Below are positions 5,763 to 9,149 of a stretch of DNA of 9,149 nucleotides, piece by piece. Position 1 is the first letter of the stretch. Every line of letters begins with the position of its first letter. Both the position numbers and the translations under genes were made by a program. Origin of the DNA: Promethearchaeota archaeon (GTDB lineage: Archaea > Asgardarchaeota > Thorarchaeia > Thorarchaeales > Thorarchaeaceae); the NCBI GenBank assembly GCA_027031765.1, contig JALVPN010000102.1:4656-13804 (forward strand), written 5' to 3'. The notes below the pieces were generated by a model. It saw nothing but the letters and a program-made list of their open reading frames with translations, ran no database searches and was not told the origin of the DNA.

Positions 5763-5768
5763 TTTATC
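5763..5768 (+). promoter_or_regulatory. Candidate TATA box (TTTATC) for the 567-aa gene
   Basis: The only AT-rich box in the gap, about 32 nt upstream of ATG 5800. Confidence 0.5.
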
Positions 5769-5799
5769 AGGCAGGTGCGCCCACCCACTGGCGAGCGAC

Positions 5800-7503
5800 A
5801 TGTCACGGGAGCAGAAGCGGGTCGCACGGGTTCTGGCGTCCTTCGGTGAAGGACAGTTTGTTGAGACCGGGGCGCAGGCGGTCGAGGTCCTCAGGCTCAA
5901 AGCGGCCACTGTGAGGAAACACTTTGCGCGTCTCCGGGGCATCACATATCTGGTGGCAGTGGTCAGCCGGGACCGTGTGCGCGTCTACTTCTTTGATGCT
6001 GCTGGGAACATGCTCCTCGCTGAGAACATAGACCACGGACGGTACTCCGCAGTACGCAGGACATCCAGACTCATCAAACGCTTTGAGAGACCCCGTCCAC
6101 CGACCGCCGAAGAGCTCCGGATTGAGGCCACCGAAGACCTCCGCAGACGCCTGTCCGATGCCGTCCGCAGGGTGTCCCGGTTCCTCGCAGTCTCGCCTCC
6201 GGACTTTCCCACTGTCTTCGTCACCCGCCGGCCTTCAGGCGTCACTGGACAGGGCTTTGGGCTGCTGGTAGAGGACGATGCCCTCGTCTTCGAGGAGGAT
6301 GCCCTTCAGGCCCCGTGGTCTGACGGGGTCATATACCGTGCTGCGTTCCTATGTCTACTTGACCGCCCTCATGCTAGGCTCTCCTTCAGCCAGTGCGTGG
6401 GCAATGCCGTGGCAATGGCAGTCCTCCGTGACACGGCGCGACAGGAGTGGCGCCACATCTGGATGGAGAGGACGGGTACCTCTGACTGGGCACCGGTGGT
6501 CCGTCATCTGGTCCGCCACGTGGTGTCGTATGACCGGCAGGGCCTCTCACGTCTGCTCGCGACAGTCCAGCAGGCGGCACCCACAGGAGACCCTCGGGCA
6601 TGGATGGCGGTGCTGCACACGCTACACGAGTGTCACGAGGTCGGCCTCTCCACTTCTGACTTCCACTTGATCAAGGGCTTTCTTGACGACCTGGAGAGCC
6701 CACATCGGCTGGGCAAGCGCCGTCACGTGCTGGAGAGTGTGCACCTGGCCCCGCGGCCTCTGGTCGATGCGCAAGCGCTCGGTCACGTGTTGTCGGTGTC
6801 GGTCTCAGGGTCAGCAGGAGTGGCGGAGCAGGCATGGGCTGACATTGTGGTGCGTGAGGGTGCCCGGCCACTCCACGTGACAGTTGTCGAGGATGACGGT
6901 CCTGCCCTGACACACATAGAGTACGTGTTGTTCCTTGACGGTATCGTGCCCAAGTCTGGTGGGCCTCTTGCGCATGGTGCCGATGTGGTACACTGGGCAC
7001 TCCGCCGCCTGCGGCACGCCGCGACACGGGAGCCGACTTTTGTGGCCAGCATTGAGATGACCGACGCACGGCTGACACCACGTGAGCAGGCGGTTCTGGA
7101 GCGGCTGGCCAGTGGTGACCCCGAGGTCCTGGCGAACACGCTTGTGGGCTCTGCCGATACGGTCGCCTCACTCGTCCAGGCGGGACGGCTGTCCTTTCTC
7201 CCCGACTTCTACCACCTCGGCCTCCCTCCCCAGTTCTACGTCCACGGTCCACCACGGGCTGTCCGGAAGGTCTGTCGTGAGACCTGCGTTGAGGCTACGC
7301 TCTTCGATACTGGTGATGCCTCTCACTGCGTGGTCTCTGCGCCCGCACAGTGGTCACGACGTTTCCTTGAGGCCGCAGCCGACAGTGGCCTTGCTGTCTA
7401 CCCGGTCGTCTCGGCAAGCTCGCCCCGTCGCCTGATACGTGACGAGCAGGTCTTCCCACCATCACGAGAGGTGCTGATGTGGTCAGACGGCCCCTTCACC
7501 TGA
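5800..7503 (+). CDS. Hypothetical multidomain protein, 567 aa, with a possible degenerate HTH near aa 425-475
   Basis: A long uninterrupted ORF fills the space between neighbours, with an upstream TATA candidate. LTPREQAVLERLASG..EVLANTLVGSADTV resembles an HTH. No overall family recognised. Confidence 0.78.
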   Translation: MSREQKRVARVLASFGEGQFVETGAQAVEVLRLKAATVRKHFARLRGITYLVAVVSRDRVRVYFFDAAGNMLLAENIDHGRYSAVRRTSRLIKRFERPRPPTAEELRIEATEDLRRRLSDAVRRVSRFLAVSPPDFPTVFVTRRPSGVTGQGFGLLVEDDALVFEEDALQAPWSDGVIYRAAFLCLLDRPHARLSFSQCVGNAVAMAVLRDTARQEWRHIWMERTGTSDWAPVVRHLVRHVVSYDRQGLSRLLATVQQAAPTGDPRAWMAVLHTLHECHEVGLSTSDFHLIKGFLDDLESPHRLGKRRHVLESVHLAPRPLVDAQALGHVLSVSVSGSAGVAEQAWADIVVREGARPLHVTVVEDDGPALTHIEYVLFLDGIVPKSGGPLAHGADVVHWALRRLRHAATREPTFVASIEMTDARLTPREQAVLERLASGDPEVLANTLVGSADTVASLVQAGRLSFLPDFYHLGLPPQFYVHGPPRAVRKVCRETCVEATLFDTGDASHCVVSAPAQWSRRFLEAAADSGLAVYPVVSASSPRRLIRDEQVFPPSREVLMWSDGPFT

Positions 7504-9148
7504 CAATCTCGATGACCGTGCCTATTGCCCTCGTGTTGCCCTCACGGAGCACTATCTTGTCACCAACGGTGATGGCCTCGGGGTAGAGCATGAACTCCAG
7601 GCGCACGCGGGCAAAGTCGCCCACGCTCAGGTAGTCGGCATCGTAGATCTTCTTGAGGACGACGGTCTGCTGTATCGTGTGGCACTGCAGGACCGGGGAG
7701 TAGCCCTCGGAAATCCTGGTCGGGTGTCTTGTGACGACGATGTTGGCCTCGAACAAACGGCAGCTCCTCAGCTCGTAGTCGGGGTCTGCGACCATCTGGC
7801 CCCGTCTGACATTGTGTTTGTCCACATCCTTTATGTCGAAGCCAAAGAGGTCGCCTGCCCTGACCGCAGTGACGCGTTTCTTGAAGACCTCGATGCTGAA
7901 GAGCCGGCCGTGCATGACCTCCCCAGTAGTGTCGGGGCCTATCACTACGCTCTGCCCCTCTTTGAACACGCCACTCCTCACAGTGCCGGTCACCACCACG
8001 TTCGTGCCCTTGATGCCACGGTACACCTTGTCAACATATGCCCTTGCCGGTTGGGCAAGACGGTCATCGCTGTAGTCAACGGGCAGGTGTTTCAGCAGCT
8101 CTGTGAGGAGCTGCAGACTCCTCGTGTCAGTGGCGGCCACATGCAGCACCGGCACAATCACGCTGTGCCTGATCTCGCGTATCACTGGCCCTATGTCTGT
8201 CTCGTCGGCCACGCGGACCGGGATCTTGCCTATCTCCTTCAGTGTGGCAGCAACAAGTACATCGACCAGCTGCACCTCGCTGGCGGTGGCCCTGTCCACC
8301 TTTGAGACCGCCACCATGAACGGCATGTTCTTGCTAGCCATCAGGATCAGGTGCTCGCGCGTGATATCGTCCAAGCGTGTGAGCCCGCTCCGCTCTTCCT
8401 CCTGCCTCACGAGCTGTGCCTCCTCCTTTGCCGGCACGAGGATCAGTCCGTACTGGGCGTCAGCACCAAGGATGCTCCTGATCATGGTCTTGCTGTACTC
8501 TTGGTGCCCTGGCGCATCGAAGAACGTGAGCACTCTTGCGGACCTGTCAAGGACGCGTGCGGCCTCCTCCTTGCTCAGTGGGTTTTCCAAGTGGATGCAC
8601 TGTCCGTCCTCAGCAAAGCCCATGAATGCCATGTGGATGTCAGCAGTCTGCCCACGCCTGATCTCTTGTGGGTGGACGAGCAGGAACGAGCGTGTCCTGC
8701 CACTGCCATCATCTGGCGTACCCGTCACTAGGGCACCTATCAGGGTCGACTTGCCAGAGTTCACCCGGCCGGCGACGTTGACGGAGCACGTCTCTTTGAC
8801 CTCGGGTGCCGACACCCGTTTCAGCAGGAACACGCCGACCAGTCCCTCTGGCGTCTCGATCTGCTCCTGTTCCACAATCTCAACGTCCGCCTCTTCACAG
8901 AGCCTCTCAAGGATGTCTTGTGCCTCTGCTATCTCGTGCTGGCTGAGCCCGTAGACCCGCCAGTGCTCGCCATTGATGTCCTCAACGCCTACCATGAACA
9001 GCCCCTCAAACGGGGCCTCACACGTCATGTACCGTATCCTCGACACAAGCCTCTGGCGTCTCTCTGGCCTCAGGTCGGCTCTGGTGAGCTTGCGCTTGAA
9101 CTCCCGGTTGCGGGTCTCGCCTACCCGGAGAATCCTCCGCACCTCATC
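7496..9148 (-). CDS. GTPBP1/GTPBP2-like (archaeal GPBP) translational GTPase with an N-terminal Schlafen/AlbA_2-like domain; 5' end probably just outside the window
   Basis: G1 GRVNSGKS (8747-8770), switch I HPQEIRRGQTADI, G3 DAPGH, G4 SKVD, then EF-Tu-like domains II and III (VDKVY...GTNVVVTG, HPTRISEGYSPVLQCHTIQQ, LREGNTRAIG). N-terminus GETRNREFK...VGVED..G. The frame is open upstream of GTG 9142 (..GAT GAG GTG), so the true start is likely beyond 9149. Confidence 0.9.
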   Translation of the reverse strand, partial: DEVRRILRVGETRNREFKRKLTRADLRPERRQRLVSRIRYMTCEAPFEGLFMVGVEDINGEHWRVYGLSQHEIAEAQDILERLCEEADVEIVEQEQIETPEGLVGVFLLKRVSAPEVKETCSVNVAGRVNSGKSTLIGALVTGTPDDGSGRTRSFLLVHPQEIRRGQTADIHMAFMGFAEDGQCIHLENPLSKEEAARVLDRSARVLTFFDAPGHQEYSKTMIRSILGADAQYGLILVPAKEEAQLVRQEEERSGLTRLDDITREHLILMASKNMPFMVAVSKVDRATASEVQLVDVLVAATLKEIGKIPVRVADETDIGPVIREIRHSVIVPVLHVAATDTRSLQLLTELLKHLPVDYSDDRLAQPARAYVDKVYRGIKGTNVVVTGTVRSGVFKEGQSVVIGPDTTGEVMHGRLFSIEVFKKRVTAVRAGDLFGFDIKDVDKHNVRRGQMVADPDYELRSCRLFEANIVVTRHPTRISEGYSPVLQCHTIQQTVVLKKIYDADYLSVGDFARVRLEFMLYPEAITVGDKIVLREGNTRAIGTVIEIVR

Positions 9149-9149
9149 T

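Noticed and set aside
7300-7498. GTPase TGA stop as a selenocysteine or readthrough codon served by the hairpin near 5700
   Set aside because: The protein already ends where domain III ends, the readthrough peptide is antisense to the neighbouring gene and featureless, and the hairpin is about 1.75 kb away.
7679-8954. Long plus-strand ORFs 7679..8305, 8103..8954 and 8351..8731
   Set aside because: All are antisense to the clearly identified GTPase and have the composition of GC-rich shadow frames.
1-9149. tRNA, rRNA, CRISPR array, integrase/transposase or a defence island around the methyltransferase
   Set aside because: No cloverleaf with T-loop consensus, no periodic repeats, no mobility or nuclease motifs, and composition looks uniform by eye.

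Overview
Gene-dense, GC-rich (roughly 60% by eye) archaeal-looking chromosomal segment. It has TATA/BRE-like boxes, GGTG-type ribosome-binding sites, a TFS/RpoM-like zinc ribbon and an archaeal GTPBP1/2-type GTPase. An Asgard (Thorarchaeia-like) origin is plausible but is inference only. Nine genes, left to right: bacterial-type phosphoserine aminotransferase serC (minus, runs off the left edge, missed by the ORF track); DUF1015 ParB/Srx-fold protein (minus, coupled to serC); an orphan, circularly permuted N4-C/N6-A DNA methyltransferase; a TFS/RpoM paralogue lacking its catalytic C-terminal ribbon; a prenyltransferase/squalene-cyclase-repeat protein; ogt; a 155-aa unknown; a 567-aa unknown with a C-terminal HTH-like segment; and a GTPBP1/2-like translational GTPase (minus, open at the right edge). 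The GTPase has an N-terminal Schlafen/AlbA_2-like domain, an Asp-to-Asn P-loop change and a charged insertion. No rRNA, tRNA, CRISPR array, integrase or transposase is evident. The best leads are the ribbon-less TFS paralogue with a mirror-image promoter behind it, the atypical GTPase, the serC-DUF1015 module, and perfect 12-13 bp palindromes in every sizeable intergenic region.
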